Shown piece after piece: positions 9,359 through 18,040 of a stretch of DNA of 60,096 bases. The notes beneath the pieces are model-generated. The model searched no databases. It saw only the letters and a list, made by a program, of their open reading frames with translations, and had not been told where the DNA came from. Position numbers and translations under genes: made by a program. Origin of the DNA: a virus (Duplodnaviria > Caudoviricetes); IMG/VR virus record IMGVR_UViG_3300020450_000024, positions 1-60,096 of that record; one strand, given 5' to 3'. How positions within the stretch are numbered: the stretch's first letter is position 1; the number at the start of each line of letters is the position of its first letter.

Positions 9359-9770
9359 CAACACTGTTTGGTCGGAGTAGTTCGACTCACGTTGAGGTCA
9401 CACGGATCTTGTGATCAGATTCTCGTGCGTTGCAAGGTTGATACTAACTTAGGTATTAAAAGATCGTGGCTCTGAGAAAAAGCAACCACACCGTTAATAT
9501 ATTTTGCTTAACAAGGATATATTAATGTTCCGTAACTTATGCGAAGGCTAAGGTAGGGAGTTGACGGGTTACCGCTTCCGTACATATTATTATGTAATCC
9601 TTTTTGTTAAGATGGGACGCTTATCTCACATGATGGCTTTCTTACTTTGCCCGGCAACGGGCGAAGTATGGCTCAACTATCTACATGATAGCAGTTGCTT
9701 ACGCAACTTATTGTTTCACAGATATAGTGTTTGAGCGATAGCGAAAACACAGTTGATCTTTAGATCAACT
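9358..9770 (+). ncRNA. Putative large structured ncRNA (or structured cis-element) of unknown family
   Basis: ~410 nt with no ORF of 60 aa or more; more than 12 manually found helices, many with G-U pairs, a GCAA tetraloop and a pseudoknot (see findings). Confidence 0.65.
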
Positions 9771-9772
9771 TT
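9751..9772. terminator. Palindromic hairpin between converging units, possibly a bidirectional terminator
   Basis: AGTTGATC-TTTA-GATCAACT, directly abutting the stop codon of the 60-aa minus-strand ORF. Confidence 0.5.
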
Positions 9773-9953
9773 AAACGTCCTTTAAATAATCATTAGGCAC
9801 AAGTTTTACTTCTGTGTTTATTTGATTAACGGTTCCTGTATTATGTTTTGCAGTGATAATACTATCCCTTGAAAAATAGAAGCCTAAATCTTCGGCTTTC
9901 TTCATAAATTCAAGAAATGCACTTTCTAATTCAACAACTTCTTTTTTGTTCAT
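9771..9953 (-). CDS. Hypothetical protein (60 aa)
   Basis: Protein-like composition; AGGT just before the ATG; TAAATA on - strand at 9984-9989. Confidence 0.55.
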   Translation of the reverse strand: MNKKEVVELESAFLEFMKKAEDLGFYFSRDSIITAKHNTGTVNQINTEVKLVPNDYLKDV

Positions 9954-10006
9954 AACCTACTATTTGATTGTTCCATAGTTTATTATTTAATATGACCTAC
10001 TTGAAC

Positions 10007-10012
10007 TAAATA
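10007..10012 (+). promoter_or_regulatory. Late promoter TAAATA
   Basis: Intergenic TAAATA upstream of 10041, back-to-back with a minus-strand copy at 9984-9989. Confidence 0.6.
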
Positions 10013-10040
10013 GTATTAGTTAAAAAATTAGGACTTTAGG

Positions 10041-10691
10041 ATGAAAGTACACCAAATAATTTACGAATCTACAAAAACACCCTTAAAAGAGAAGCCTGCA
10101 AGTGGGTTGGGGAACGTTGCACGTAAGGTAGGTGCTAAGGTTTTGGCTAAAGTTGGCGCAAAAAACGCCGCGGCCGGCATGGCCGGTAAGGTAGATGCGG
10201 CAGATAAAGCCAACGCACTATTCACGGATTTCAGAGCATATCTTGGACAAGTAGGTGAAAAATACGGTAATGCAGTTGATTCTGCTAGTTTACGTGACTT
10301 TTTAACTACTAAAAAGATGCCTACACAAAACATACCGCAAGACGGTGTGCTTACTAAAAAGCAAATTGATCAAGCAATTATGAAGTCAGTACAGGATTCA
10401 TACAGAGGCAAAGGCGGTATTCCAAACCAACCAGCAGGTCAAAAAGGTGCTCCTGCTAAAGGACAAGCACAAGGACAACAAGCACAAGGACAAGCGGCTG
10501 GTAACGTAGGCGGTGGTGCTCCTGCACAACAACAACAAGGTACAGGTTCAGCACAAACACCCGCTGGTAAGGCTCCGCCAACTAAAAACGGATCAACAGT
10601 AGGTAGTGCAAAAAGCATTCCACCAAGCATACAGAAACAATTAGATCAAATGAGTGCTGGTGAGAAAAAACAATTAGCGGGAATGATATAA
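10041..10691 (+). CDS. Hypothetical virion/internal head protein, Ala/Gly/Gln-rich
   Basis: 216 aa under a late promoter; N-terminal MKVHQIIYE; low-complexity QGQ linker. Confidence 0.6.
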   Translation: MKVHQIIYESTKTPLKEKPASGLGNVARKVGAKVLAKVGAKNAAAGMAGKVDAADKANALFTDFRAYLGQVGEKYGNAVDSASLRDFLTTKKMPTQNIPQDGVLTKKQIDQAIMKSVQDSYRGKGGIPNQPAGQKGAPAKGQAQGQQAQGQAAGNVGGGAPAQQQQGTGSAQTPAGKAPPTKNGSTVGSAKSIPPSIQKQLDQMSAGEKKQLAGMI

Positions 10692-12886
10692 TGAAAATTA
10701 CTGAAGTAAACCAATTTCCAAAATCAAATAGAACTGCACAAATACTTACTGAAGGTTATAAAGATCTTACAGAAACGCAAAGAGTATATCTTGGCAGATG
10801 GGAAAAGGAACTTTGGCCGTTATTAGAAGAATTCAAAAAGGTTTCAGAAGCAAGTTTAACTGCTGACGAGATCCAAGCAATATTCCAAGGTGCAGAACAA
10901 AGAAGTGTTGCAGGTGGACAAAACAAAACTGCATTAGGTAAAGTAGGAAGTGCGGCAGGAGCCATTGCAAAACTTCCAGTAGACATTGCAAAGAAAGTAG
11001 ATGCTAAAATAAATGAACTTGGCAGAATGGCTCAGAATGCTGGTCCAGTTAAAAACATGGATCAAAAGTTTGACGAACTTAAAAAGAAAATTGAAGCAGA
11101 AAACTCAGACAGCAAGATTGTACAAGGTATTAAAAAAGTAAGTGACTGGGCAAAAGAAAATCCAGGCAAGGCAAGTATTGCCGTTGGTATCCTTACAACT
11201 GTGGCGGCATTTGCAGGTGGACCAATGGGTGGTGCGGCCGCTGGTTTGATTTTACGTTCAACAAAAGATTTATTACAAGGTGAAAAACTTTCAACAGCAG
11301 TTGGTAAGTCAGTTAAAACAGCGGCATATGGTGCTCTTGCTGGTTTGGCAATACAAGGCTTAACCGACAACATGGTTGACAACATTGCAACAGGTAGTGA
11401 AGCAGAAGCAGACGCTATGCTAGATGGTTTCAGAAAAGCCAACTTCCAAGATGCTGTCGATAGTGCAACAGCCAAAGCAGGATTTGATGCAGGTGTACTT
11501 GACGGTGCTCAGAATTTAAAAATGTCAGGTAACATTAACGGATTCTTTTACAACTATGATGTAACAATGACTAAAGAGCAATTAGCAACTTACAAAGAAT
11601 TGACTAATGCCTACTATGCGGCAGATACATTTAGTCCAGAATATTATAAAGCGGCAGGAGAGTTACACGGATGGTTATCAACAACACAGGATCAAAATGA
11701 AAGTCTAACTGCACTTGCAAAAACAATTAGAAACATTCCAAGAGATGTTTTATCAAGTGATCAATTAGAAGCGGCAACGGCTGTGTTAGACAATGCAGAC
11801 GAAGCCATTGAAAAAATTATAGACATTGGTGGACCAGCCGCGGCGGCGGCACAAGGTGCTATGCAAACAGTTGATGATAATGCAAAGGAAAAGATCAAGG
11901 CTAAACCAATTGATCCAAAAGAAAAAGAGCAATTAGAATTATCATTAAAAGGTGGCGAAGACAATCCAGCAGATGACAAGGTTGCAGTAAGAGGAACTGA
12001 ATCAGTTTCTTATGCAGATGCATACGAACACTTGTACGAACAGTACTTGGCTGAAGCACCGGCGGCAACAGCAACAGCAGATGCACAAGGCGAATTACCA
12101 TTAAACAATCCTAATACACTAGGTGCTAAAGCAGGTAGAGGTATAAAAGGTGCCTTAGGTGCAGTAGGCGGCGCAATTAAAAAAGGTGCTAGTGCAGTAG
12201 GCGGTGCAGTAAAATCAACCGCAAGAGAATTAGGACAAAAAATTACAGCGAAAAAATTAAATTCTGAATGGGAAAAGATGGGTAAACCAACTGACAGTGG
12301 TACAATTTATAACATACTTTCTTCATTTGGTATGACAGACGATGACATCAAAGCAGTAGGTACAGAAGCCAATGTTAAAATAGATTCTTCAGGACCTGCT
12401 AAACCTGTGCGTACAGATGCAACACCAGGAACAACTGCTGGACAAAAACCAGCAGACGATGACACACCGCCAGGAGTTCCATCAGACGGAACAGGTGATG
12501 CACAAGGTGGAACAGGTGATGCACAAGGTGGCGGAGACGCACCAAAAGGTGCACCGGCAGGACAGGCAAAAGATCCTAAGAACGATGGTCCATTTGATAT
12601 GCAAAAACAAACTGGTACAAACGCAGGTGTTGTGTCGGGCGACTTTGAATGGAAAGGCGCACAATGGATCAATAATAAAACAGGTAAAATTGCCGACAAG
12701 GCGACAGCCGCAAAACTTGGAAATCCTAAATTAGCAGAGTTGGCACGTGAGATTGAAAAAGCAGGAGTTGCCGATTTAGTCAAAGATCAAATAAGTGCTC
12801 CTGGAGTAAAAGCAGGTACACCTCAAGCCGCAGTGGCTAAGAAAGTAGTAAGCAAAGCCGCACAGGCTCAAGGCGCTACTGCTTAA
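10691..12886 (+). CDS. Hypothetical virion protein, possible internal/ejection protein with glycine-zipper hydrophobic helices
   Basis: 731 aa; N-terminal MKITEV; hydrophobic ASIAVGILTTVAAFAGGPMGGAAAGLIL and AAYGALAGLAIQGL. Confidence 0.55.
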   Translation: MKITEVNQFPKSNRTAQILTEGYKDLTETQRVYLGRWEKELWPLLEEFKKVSEASLTADEIQAIFQGAEQRSVAGGQNKTALGKVGSAAGAIAKLPVDIAKKVDAKINELGRMAQNAGPVKNMDQKFDELKKKIEAENSDSKIVQGIKKVSDWAKENPGKASIAVGILTTVAAFAGGPMGGAAAGLILRSTKDLLQGEKLSTAVGKSVKTAAYGALAGLAIQGLTDNMVDNIATGSEAEADAMLDGFRKANFQDAVDSATAKAGFDAGVLDGAQNLKMSGNINGFFYNYDVTMTKEQLATYKELTNAYYAADTFSPEYYKAAGELHGWLSTTQDQNESLTALAKTIRNIPRDVLSSDQLEAATAVLDNADEAIEKIIDIGGPAAAAAQGAMQTVDDNAKEKIKAKPIDPKEKEQLELSLKGGEDNPADDKVAVRGTESVSYADAYEHLYEQYLAEAPAATATADAQGELPLNNPNTLGAKAGRGIKGALGAVGGAIKKGASAVGGAVKSTARELGQKITAKKLNSEWEKMGKPTDSGTIYNILSSFGMTDDDIKAVGTEANVKIDSSGPAKPVRTDATPGTTAGQKPADDDTPPGVPSDGTGDAQGGTGDAQGGGDAPKGAPAGQAKDPKNDGPFDMQKQTGTNAGVVSGDFEWKGAQWINNKTGKIADKATAAKLGNPKLAELAREIEKAGVADLVKDQISAPGVKAGTPQAAVAKKVVSKAAQAQGATA
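12488..12550 (+). repeat. In-frame 21-bp tandem repeat (GTGDAQG x2 plus a degenerate third copy)
   Basis: ggaacaggtgatgcacaaggt at 12488-12508 and 12509-12529. Confidence 0.85.
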
Positions 12887-12930
12887 ATTAATAAAATCAA
12901 TATTACTAGTATAATTAAATCTTGCATGGA

Positions 12931-13107
12931 TTAAAAGAACGGCATTTTTGTTTTTTTAGTTGTTTCTAAATTATCGTTAATAATCTTTGAAAATATTTCA
13001 CGATCCTCTGGCCCCATTTCGTATGCTTCAGACAAGGTTACACTGCCTCTCATATACCAACATATTTTACCAATGGTATGTTTGAGTTCCTTGCACTGGC
13101 CTTCCAT
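12931..13107 (-). CDS. gp51: Baseplate hub assembly catalyst gp51-like (58 aa; probably also made as a frameshift extension of gp26)
   Basis: Not in the ORF track. Manual translation: MEGQCKELKHTIGKICWYMRGSVTLSEAYEMGPEDREIFSKIINDNLETTKKTKMPFF. Follows gp26; GAGGT upstream. Confidence 0.7.
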   Translation of the reverse strand: MEGQCKELKHTIGKICWYMRGSVTLSEAYEMGPEDREIFSKIINDNLETTKKTKMPFF

Positions 13108-13154
13108 GGACCTTACCTCATCAAGAATTTTCTTGACTGGCCACGTTAAGATCC

Positions 13155-14048
13155 TTACGCGAAAAAATTTGACTGATCAAATGAAATTGGCACAGTAAAA
13201 GTTTCCGGGGCTCCTGCTTTGATTTCCTCGTCTGTTGCTTTTACAACCATAGGCTGAGTTTGAAATTTTTCCTTGTTATCATTTACGTGCTTTTTAATTG
13301 CATTGAAAACTTTTGCATCTGCACTATCAATAAATTCTGCAATATGAATTGGGTTTTTAACCGGTGTTTCATTTTGCCATTGAATAGATACAATAGCATC
13401 TTTCATAATCGCAACATTTAGTTCAGTTAATTTTTTAAAACTGTTGTTGAATAATTCTAACTTTTTCTCTGCGTCAAAATCATCATTGTTCACATTTTGT
13501 AAAAGTCTTTGTTCTTCAAAAGTTTTAATTGCCATTTCTGTAAATGTTTTATAAGAGATAGGTTTCAGTGTAACTGTAAATCCATCTATATGCATTATGT
13601 CTTCAAACTTTGCATTAATGTAAGTATCAATTAAGATCTTACAATCTACTTCATAGTCTTTTTCTATTTTAGTATTAGGTATAGTAACCTTTACTTCAAG
13701 TTTTTCACCAAAGGTAGCCATTCTAATTGCGACAAGTAAGCAATCTAAATCTACTGACGGTACTGCCCAAGCATTTTTAATTGCTGGTGCACAACTTTGT
13801 ATCACGTCTACAACTGATTGCCCATTTAAAAGTGCATCAGGTGTCTTGAACGTAAGTTCATCTTTTGCCGTCATAGAGTAGATTGGTATTTCTCCGTTTT
13901 CAGGCATATCAATAGCACCATTGGGATACCAACGTCCTTGACTAGGCAACTTCAGATAGATCTTAGGCTGTCTAAAGTGTTTCTGTAACGGATTTTGTCC
14001 CAAGGGTTGAACTGGTGTTCCTGCCTGTGGTACATTTTTATTATCCAT
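13155..14048 (-). CDS. gp26: Baseplate hub assembly chaperone gp26-like
   Basis: NPLQKHFRQPKIYLKLPS...PIYSMTAKDEL...DLDCLLVAIRMATFGE; ends ...SNFFA; divergent from the tape measure gene. Confidence 0.8.
   Translation of the reverse strand: MDNKNVPQAGTPVQPLGQNPLQKHFRQPKIYLKLPSQGRWYPNGAIDMPENGEIPIYSMTAKDELTFKTPDALLNGQSVVDVIQSCAPAIKNAWAVPSVDLDCLLVAIRMATFGEKLEVKVTIPNTKIEKDYEVDCKILIDTYINAKFEDIMHIDGFTVTLKPISYKTFTEMAIKTFEEQRLLQNVNNDDFDAEKKLELFNNSFKKLTELNVAIMKDAIVSIQWQNETPVKNPIHIAEFIDSADAKVFNAIKKHVNDNKEKFQTQPMVVKATDEEIKAGAPETFTVPISFDQSNFFA
13161..13167 (-). other. -1 ribosomal frameshift slippery heptamer T TTT TTC
   Basis: Minus strand reads AAT TTT TTC GCG TAA; the -1 frame is open into the gp51-like ORF. 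Confidence 0.65.
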
Positions 14049-14061
14049 CTTTTTCTCCTGC

Positions 14062-14091
14062 TAAATAAGTGTAATAGCATTAGTATTTATA
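14062..14091. promoter_or_regulatory. Face-to-face late promoters for tape measure (+) and gp26 (-)
   Basis: TAAATA on + at 14062-14067; perfect TATAAATA on - at 14084-14091. Confidence 0.65.
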
Positions 14092-14118
14092 GAGTCTAAT
14101 TATATGGGTATTTAATTA

Positions 14119-16281
14119 ATGGCAGTACAAGTTGACATTCCAGGAGTAGGTGCGGTTATAGCCAAAAATGCGGCACAAGAGGATACACTTAAAGAAATCC
14201 TTAAAGCATTAAAGAGCCGTGGCGGTACCGGTGGCGGAGGATCTGGCGGCGGACAAGGCGCAGGAGCCGGTGGAATGGGTCCTAACATGAAGAAAGCCAA
14301 TAAGGAAACTGGCGAATTCAGTAAAAAGATTGGGGAAACAACTACACTTGTTGATGATTTTGGTAGCGGATTAAGAAAAGCAACCAAAGGATTACTAGGT
14401 TTTGCCGGAGACTTACTAGGTTCAGCATACGATTTTGGAGAAACATTACTATTCACTGGTAATAGAATGAGTGATCTAGCAGGTGCTATACCGCTTGTTG
14501 GAGGGCCTTTAGGATCTTTAGTTGGATTAGCAGAGGGACTAGTAGATAATTTTAGAAACTTATCAGAATCAGGTGCTGGATTTTCAAACAACATTTTCAA
14601 TATTGCTAGAGCGGCCGCAAATGCAGAAATGCCATTAGGAATGTTTGCAGAAACAGTAGCAAACAATTCTAATGAATTGTCAAGGCTAGGAGGCAGTGTT
14701 ACAGAAGGTGCTAAACGTTTTGGTAGAATCAGTAAAAATTTAAGAACTAGCGAACAAGATTTCTTAGGCATGGGTTATACCATGGAAGGTGTAAATGAAG
14801 GTTTAATTGCTTATACCGAAGAAATGGCAAGAAGTGGTAGATTACGTGGAATGAGTGATGCACAATTGACTCAAGGTGCAGGTGTCTACTTAATGGAACT
14901 TGACAAGTTAGCAAAAGTAACAGGTATGACTCGTAAAGAGGCAGAAGCGGCTAGGGTGCAACAGCAAGGCGATGCCAGAATGAGAAATATGATCAATAAG
15001 TTAGAAGGAAAAGCACGAGAAAACTTAACCAACAGTTTAGCATTCTTAGATAATAAAGTGCCTGGACTTTCTGATGCATTTAAAGACTTGGCAGACGGTG
15101 CCGCTCAAACTGAAGAAGGTATGATGTTAATGGCTATGGGCGGTGACGAGTTTGTTAAACTTGCACAAGAAATGGCATCAGGTGAACTTGATCCTGCAGA
15201 ACTTAACAACAGGTTGATGGAACTTGCTCCACTTATTGAAAAGAATACAAAGAATATGAGTGATGCACAGTTACAAGCACTAGAACAAACTAATCCTGCA
15301 TTATACAAAATTTTAAGTAGTAACTCAGACCTATTAGCATTAACTAAAAAAGATGCTGAAAAGATTGCAGAAGAGAATAAATCAAGAGACGGTGTAACAC
15401 AATCATTAGCACAGGTAGAACAGAACCTTGCAACTATTAGAGGTAACTTATTTTCAGCATTTTTAGAAAGTGATATATTTAAAATGGTTACTGATGCACT
15501 TGGCGATTTAATGCCTAAGACGGAAGATGTAAGTGTAATGATGGAAAAATTAAAACCTCATGTAGAATCAGTCATAGAAAGTTTTACAAAATTTGTAAAT
15601 GACTTTATGGCAGATCCCGCAGGCACGTTTGAAAAGATTGTAGATAATATCAAGACTTATGTGTCAGACTTCTTCTCAAGTATGTTTGATGGTTTAGGAA
15701 CTAAGATTGCCACAGGTATATTAGCAGGATTGTTACTAATGGTTACAGGTGTTATAACAGGACCGTTCTTAGCCATTGGAGCAGGATTGGCATTGATATT
15801 TGGTGCAGACAAAATACTAGAATTAGGTAACAAATATATTTGGGAACCAATAAAAGGTATGTTTGGTTGGTTAGGAGATTGGTTTGGAAGTTTATGGGAA
15901 TCAATAAAAGGTTTTGGTAGTAAACTTAATCCGTTAAATTGGTTTGGTGGAGATGACGAAGAACAAGAGCAAAAAGTATCAGAAGCATACGAACCTGATG
16001 CTCCTTCAATTAAAAAAGCGGCAATGTCTGTGCCAGATACTGACACAACTGTTACCAAAGTTTCCGCAGAAGATGTAGATGCGGCACTCAAAGCATCAAA
16101 AGAAAATGATAAGAAGGTCAAAGAGCAGGCCAATAAGGCAATGGCTGATTCTAACAAGTCGGTAAATACTAACGAAAGCGGTAATATGCAGTTAGCACTT
16201 TTACAAGAACAAAATGAATTGCTACGTGCATTACTAAGAACAACAAAGAGTAACACTTCGGATATGTATTCGAGTGCATAA
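14119..16281 (+). CDS. Tail tape measure protein
   Basis: 720 aa, helical and Ala/Leu/Gly-rich; hydrophobic stretch IATGILAGLLLMVTGVITGPFLAIGAGLALIFG; Trp/Phe periodic repeats (IWEPIKGMFGWLGDWFGSLWESIKG); next to gp26. Confidence 0.75.
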   Translation: MAVQVDIPGVGAVIAKNAAQEDTLKEILKALKSRGGTGGGGSGGGQGAGAGGMGPNMKKANKETGEFSKKIGETTTLVDDFGSGLRKATKGLLGFAGDLLGSAYDFGETLLFTGNRMSDLAGAIPLVGGPLGSLVGLAEGLVDNFRNLSESGAGFSNNIFNIARAAANAEMPLGMFAETVANNSNELSRLGGSVTEGAKRFGRISKNLRTSEQDFLGMGYTMEGVNEGLIAYTEEMARSGRLRGMSDAQLTQGAGVYLMELDKLAKVTGMTRKEAEAARVQQQGDARMRNMINKLEGKARENLTNSLAFLDNKVPGLSDAFKDLADGAAQTEEGMMLMAMGGDEFVKLAQEMASGELDPAELNNRLMELAPLIEKNTKNMSDAQLQALEQTNPALYKILSSNSDLLALTKKDAEKIAEENKSRDGVTQSLAQVEQNLATIRGNLFSAFLESDIFKMVTDALGDLMPKTEDVSVMMEKLKPHVESVIESFTKFVNDFMADPAGTFEKIVDNIKTYVSDFFSSMFDGLGTKIATGILAGLLLMVTGVITGPFLAIGAGLALIFGADKILELGNKYIWEPIKGMFGWLGDWFGSLWESIKGFGSKLNPLNWFGGDDEEQEQKVSEAYEPDAPSIKKAAMSVPDTDTTVTKVSAEDVDAALKASKENDKKVKEQANKAMADSNKSVNTNESGNMQLALLQEQNELLRALLRTTKSNTSDMYSSA

Positions 16282-16289
16282 GGAATAAA

Positions 16290-18026
16290 ATGAGTTGGAA
16301 GAGATATTTTACACCAGTTGAACAAGGAACAGGAACTGGAAATAATTACAGTCCAATAAATGGACGTGGGCAGGGACCAGGACCTGCAAGGTCAAACTAT
16401 TCATCATATCTTCCAGATGTATATGTAGGAAGTCCAAACCGTATTGAAAGATATGGACAATATAATGTAATGGACAACGACAGTGAGGTAAATGCCGCAC
16501 TAGATATACTTGCAGAATTTTGTTCACAAGAGAATGAACAAAACAGAACATCATTTAAAATTAACTTTAAACAAAAAGCAACTAACAGTGAAATAACTGT
16601 TTTACAAAAATACTTACAGCAATGGTGTAAATTAAACGATTTTGGAACAAAAATGTTCCGTATGTTAAGAAATGTATTCAAGTACGGTGATGCATTTTTT
16701 ATTAGAGATCCAGAAACTAAAAAGTGGTTTCATGTTGATCCAGCAAAAGTTACACGTATTATTGTAAATGAATCAGAAGGCAAGAAGCCAGAACAATATA
16801 TCATAAGAGATGTAAACTTAAACTTCAGAGAACAAGTTGCAACAACACCTTATACCACTAATGGTAACGTTACAGGAGGCGGTGACGGATACTTAACAGG
16901 CGGTGTAAGAGGTATGGTTGGAAACGCACAACAACAAAGCGGAAGTAGATTTGGCACAGAACAAAGAGAAGTAGCCATTGATGCAGAACACATTGTACAT
17001 TTAAGTTTAAGCGAAGGACTAGACAACAATTATCCTTTTGGTAATTCATTATTAGAAAGTATTTTCAAAGTTTACAAACAAAAAGAATTATTAGAAGACG
17101 CAATTATTATTTACAGAACACAAAGAGCACCTGAACGTAGAGTGTTTTACATTGACGTAGGTAATATGCCATCACACCTTGCAATGCAATTTGTTGAACG
17201 TGTTAAAACAGAAATACATCAAAGACGTATTCCTAGTTCATCAGGTGGTTCAACAAACGTAATTGACAGTGCATACAATCCTTTATCAACAAATGAAGAT
17301 TACTTCTTTCCGCAAACAGCAGAAGGACGTGGATCTAAAGTTGAAACATTACCAGGTGGTACTAATTTAGGTGAGATTGATGATCTTAAATATTTTACAA
17401 ACAAATTAATTAGAGGCTTACGTATTCCTAGTTCATATTTGCCAAGTGCGGCACAAGATGAAGGACAAAGTCAGTTTAATGACGGCAGAGTAGGTACAGC
17501 ATATATTCAAGAATTAAGATTTAACAAGTATTGTGAACGTTTACAAAACCTAGTAACAGAAGAATTTGATCAAGAATTCAAACGTTACTTACTAGAAAAG
17601 GGTGCAAATGTTGACTTTGCTATGTTTGACTTAGAATTACAGACTCCACAAAACTTTGCAAGTTACAGACAAAGTGAATTAGATAATCAACGTATTGGAA
17701 CGTTTACACAAATACAGGCAATTCCATTTATATCAAATAGATATGCAATGAAACGTTTCTTAGGTATGACAGCAGAAGAACTTGCAGAGAACGAACGTTA
17801 TTGGAGAGAAGAGAACGATGAAAATCTTAAGGCTCCTCCAACAGACGCCGCAGGTGAAATGCGTGGCGTTGGCGTAAGTGGTGCAGGTATTACTGCTGAC
17901 TTGGGTGGAACTGAAGAAGTAGATCCAGAAGCAGAGCCAGATCCAGTAGCAGGCGGAGAAGCAACACCTCCAGACACAGCAACAGGTCAACCACTAGGCG
18001 GTGGTGGCGGTACTCCACAGCAATAA
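16290..18026 (+). CDS. gp20: Portal protein
   Basis: LEDAIIIYR..RAPERRVFYIDVGNMP...EDYFFP...GRGSKVETLPGG.NLGEIDDLKYF. Confidence 0.95.
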   Translation: MSWKRYFTPVEQGTGTGNNYSPINGRGQGPGPARSNYSSYLPDVYVGSPNRIERYGQYNVMDNDSEVNAALDILAEFCSQENEQNRTSFKINFKQKATNSEITVLQKYLQQWCKLNDFGTKMFRMLRNVFKYGDAFFIRDPETKKWFHVDPAKVTRIIVNESEGKKPEQYIIRDVNLNFREQVATTPYTTNGNVTGGGDGYLTGGVRGMVGNAQQQSGSRFGTEQREVAIDAEHIVHLSLSEGLDNNYPFGNSLLESIFKVYKQKELLEDAIIIYRTQRAPERRVFYIDVGNMPSHLAMQFVERVKTEIHQRRIPSSSGGSTNVIDSAYNPLSTNEDYFFPQTAEGRGSKVETLPGGTNLGEIDDLKYFTNKLIRGLRIPSSYLPSAAQDEGQSQFNDGRVGTAYIQELRFNKYCERLQNLVTEEFDQEFKRYLLEKGANVDFAMFDLELQTPQNFASYRQSELDNQRIGTFTQIQAIPFISNRYAMKRFLGMTAEELAENERYWREENDENLKAPPTDAAGEMRGVGVSGAGITADLGGTEEVDPEAEPDPVAGGEATPPDTATGQPLGGGGGTPQQ

Positions 18027-18029
18027 GGC

Positions 18030-18035
18030 TAAATA
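18030..18035 (+). promoter_or_regulatory. Late promoter, leaderless arrangement
   Basis: TAAATA-attat-ATG(18041), no SD. Confidence 0.65.
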
Positions 18036-18040
18036 ATTAT

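Noticed and set aside
9358-9770. Group I intron with a GIY-YIG homing endonuclease
   Set aside because: No interrupted host gene (flanking ORFs are complete or convergent), and I could not identify canonical P7 G-site motifs. A divergent or derived form cannot be fully excluded without a covariance-model search.
12887-12930. Terminator between converging genes
   Set aside because: AT-rich with no convincing stem.
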